Assembly (NCBI GenBank): GCA_041484665.1 | Contig: JBGPIA010000017.1 | Span: forward strand, 1-64,000 | Origin: Candidatus Krumholzibacteriia bacterium | GTDB lineage: Bacteria; Krumholzibacteriota; Krumholzibacteriia; JAJRXK01 | Direction of reading: 5' to 3' | Length of the DNA: 64,000 nucleotides | Shown: piece by piece, positions 61,596 to 64,000 of the stretch | Layout: the number at the start of each line of letters is the position of its first letter | Position numbering within the stretch: the stretch's first letter is position 1 | Translations under genes and position numbers: made by a program | Notes under the pieces: generated by a model | Seen by the model: only the letters and a program-made list of their open reading frames with translations | Databases searched by the model: none | Told to the model about the DNA's origin: nothing

Positions 61596-62180
61596 TCATT
61601 TCGGAGGGATCGCCCCGGCGGCGGGCCAGCTGGTATCACCCGCTCGAGTGAGATTCATCTCGAAGAAACGGACGGGATCCTTGCCTTCCATGATCCGGTC
61701 GCCGACCTCCCGCCACGCGCCACCCTTGATGACCGCCGTGTAACGGATGGTCGTGGGGCCCGCTGGGATCTCCCAGAAGTAGCCGTCAGCCGTCGGCGTG
61801 AGGACGAAATCGCCGACGTTCCCCATTGCATACGAGTGCAGCGTGTAGGCGCGCGTCGCCGGGCTGTACGAGATGGTGCCGAACGCATTGAAGCCGACCT
61901 TGCCATCTGCATCGTAACCCCGGCCTTCGATGACCTTGATCGACCCGTCCAGGAATGGCCCGATCCGCTCGGTCTGCGTGATGTTGTGCTTCTCGCCGGA
62001 GGGCAGGATGGTCCAGGCGGGGCCTCTCCAGACCCCGTCCATGTTCGCAAGTCGCGCCATGCCCTCGCGCTGAGCCGCGATCAGCGTCGCCGGGTCCGGG
62101 CGTTCTTGCCCCGAGGCAACCGACGACACGGCCACCGTCGTGATCAAGACCGCAAGCACCGGGAGTCGATGTCGGAGCAT
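61596..62180 (-). CDS. Exported DUF1579-like hypothetical protein
   Basis: GAGGAGG RBS; signal peptide; MDGVWRG..QTERIGPFLDG..WREVG..FFEMNL. Confidence 0.65.
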   Translation of the reverse strand: MLRHRLPVLAVLITTVAVSSVASGQERPDPATLIAAQREGMARLANMDGVWRGPAWTILPSGEKHNITQTERIGPFLDGSIKVIEGRGYDADGKVGFNAFGTISYSPATRAYTLHSYAMGNVGDFVLTPTADGYFWEIPAGPTTIRYTAVIKGGAWREVGDRIMEGKDPVRFFEMNLTRAGDTSWPAAGAIPPK

Positions 62181-63399
62181 TTCCAGTCCTCCTCAAGTGG
62201 ATCCTTCGCTGGGTGTCAGGTCGGGGCAAGTCCCGGGTGATCCAGGCTCCAGGCACTCGCCCGCGTCCCCGATGCCCGCACTTCGGGAATGGGGGCGTCA
62301 GCCCCCACCTCAGACGATACACTCTGCACGGATACGTGTCTGCCCTCCAGCACCCGCTTGCGACGACCTCGAGCCAATCACCGAGCTCTGGGCGTGGAGC
62401 GCGGATGACGCCTCTGCCGGCTTTCGTCAGGCCTCCTCGGTCCTTGTCAGCCTTCGCCCGCGTGCGTCGGCCCCGTCCGCTACTGCGCGCCTGCGCCCGC
62501 GACGAGCCCTCGTTCACCCGCGAGCCTAGTCGTGGCGCGCGCCTTCGGAGATCCAGATCCTGAGCTCGGAGTTGAAGGTCGGGTCGGACGCCACGCCTTT
62601 CGGCATCCGCTCCCCGCCGCCGCGCACGGCTGCGCGAGGTGATGAAGGGCGAGGACTACGCGAAGGCGGGCATCGTCGCCGGCCAGTGGGCCGCAAGCAA
62701 ATGCCGGCCGATCCCAAAATCGAGTTCGACTGAGCAACCCGGCGGACAATGGCGCGGGTCCACGGGCGTCCGCATTACCAGTGCCCGGTGGTTTCCCACA
62801 CAGCGTCCGGTGCCTGCGGAGCCGGCGAGCGGGGGGGCGGCAGGATCGGCGCCTCAACGCTCGCATTCCACGTCGGCCCTTGACGCAGCGTGGACGAGCA
62901 GCCAGTCGTTCACGGTTCTGCTGAGCCCGGCGATCTTCGCGCGATACTCGCGCGTGGGGTACATCCCGGCACGCAGATCGACGCGCACCGGGGGGAGGGC
63001 GGCGAGATTGCGGGAGAGAAAGCCGGCGATCCAGGGATAGCGCAGGGTTCTGTCGCTGGGCTATAGTCCGAGCGTCGATTCCTGCCAGGCCGATTGTTCC
63101 GCATGCTGCGCCTTCGGACACGATCGGCGGCTGGGCCAACTCGGTCTGCCACTTGGAGCGATCCCCCTGCGTCCTGGCCGATTGGACGGACCCGGAGCGA
63201 CAACAGCAGGGACCGATCTCAGGCCAGTACCGCACCGTTGCGGGTGGCCGGCAGAGCGGCCTCCATCGGTGCACCCGCCGTGTCCTCTAACTGGGGGATG
63301 CCGCCGCTCCATTTCGTCGCCCGGCTCCGTCGATAGGGTCGAGCCCCGCTCCGGCATGCTTCGCTCTGACACGCCAACTTCACCCTCAGAGGTCACACC

Positions 63400-64000
63400 A
63401 TGATGGAGCTCGCCGTCCCATCGCAGCTCGATCGAGAGGCCGTCGCGTGCGCGCTGCGGCCGAGCTCCCGCTGCCGGATCCTCCTCCTGCTTCTCGTGGC
63501 CCCTTGGCTTCCAATGGTTGCTTCTCCCCACCCTGCCTCCGCTCAAGGAGTGTGCGTGCCGACCCCCGCCGCAAAGTGGTGCCCGGTGGGTGGCAGCGTC
63601 GACATCGCGGTGTACTTCCACCCGAGCATTCCCCACAGCATCCTCAACAAGGACTACGCAGCCTTCTCGGCCGCGATCCAGGAATGGAACCTCGAGAACC
63701 TCGGCACCGGCTACCACCTGGTGGACATGGGAGCTTGCTCAGGACCCTGCGACGGCGAAGGGGACGGCGACTTTCCTGCGCGTGGGATCGTCATCAAACT
63801 GGCCCCGCTTGGGATCGCCACGTGCACGGGGATCGGCGGGCGCACCACGCTCATTCCGGGAGACCGTGCGCCCGGGGCAGTCATCGATCCGATCGTCAAG
63901 GCCTATGTCCGGTTGAACTCGCAGATGGATTGGAGCGCGAACGATCGGCTGACCACGGCGCGCCATGAGCTCGGACATGCCCTGGGCATGGGTCACCTGG
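63400..64000 (+). CDS. Exported metzincin (matrixin-like) zinc metalloprotease, 3'-truncated by window edge; absent from ORF track
   Basis: Open frame from ATG 63400 (AGAGG RBS) to the end: ILLLLLVAPWLPMVA signal, AAIQEWN, HELGHALGMGH at 63964-63996. Confidence 0.85.
   Translation, partial: MMELAVPSQLDREAVACALRPSSRCRILLLLLVAPWLPMVASPHPASAQGVCVPTPAAKWCPVGGSVDIAVYFHPSIPHSILNKDYAAFSAAIQEWNLENLGTGYHLVDMGACSGPCDGEGDGDFPARGIVIKLAPLGIATCTGIGGRTTLIPGDRAPGAVIDPIVKAYVRLNSQMDWSANDRLTTARHELGHALGMGHL

Noticed and set aside
62200..63390. Short protein-like snippets (EDYAKAGI; RMPKG..LRIWISEGA) in the long intergenic region
   Set aside because: Too short and lacking context to assign without a search

Overview
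High-GC bacterial genomic window with no rRNA, tRNA, CRISPR array or recognisable mobile element. It begins with housekeeping genes (3' part of groEL, a 7Fe ferredoxin, an S1-repeat protein) and continues as an accessory region rich in exported proteins. Main result: a tightly packed 8-gene minus-strand operon (28215->12910) behind a sigma54-type promoter motif. It encodes a ~2276-aa Ig-repeat surface protein with a T9SS-like/FlgD-type C-terminal domain, a PorV-like barrel fused to an FlgD-like domain, a ~1020-aa exported TPR protein, ExbB, two ExbD, TonB and an FlgD+OmpA-like protein, with no TonB-dependent receptor. This is a candidate PMF-energised export or surface-display (possibly motility) machine. 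Second theme: four signal-peptide-bearing TPR-CHAT (caspase-like) protease genes, two intact and two decayed; two of them flank an ECF sigma factor and a zinc-finger/TM/DUF4384-like anti-sigma. Six proteins carry the FlgD-type CTD and one ends in a TWGxIKxxY tail, which suggests an FCB-related lineage such as Eisenbacteria or Krumholzibacteriota (inference only). Several gene remnants are present. A metzincin ORF missing from the ORF track runs off the right end. All family assignments come from motif recognition by eye; no searches were run.
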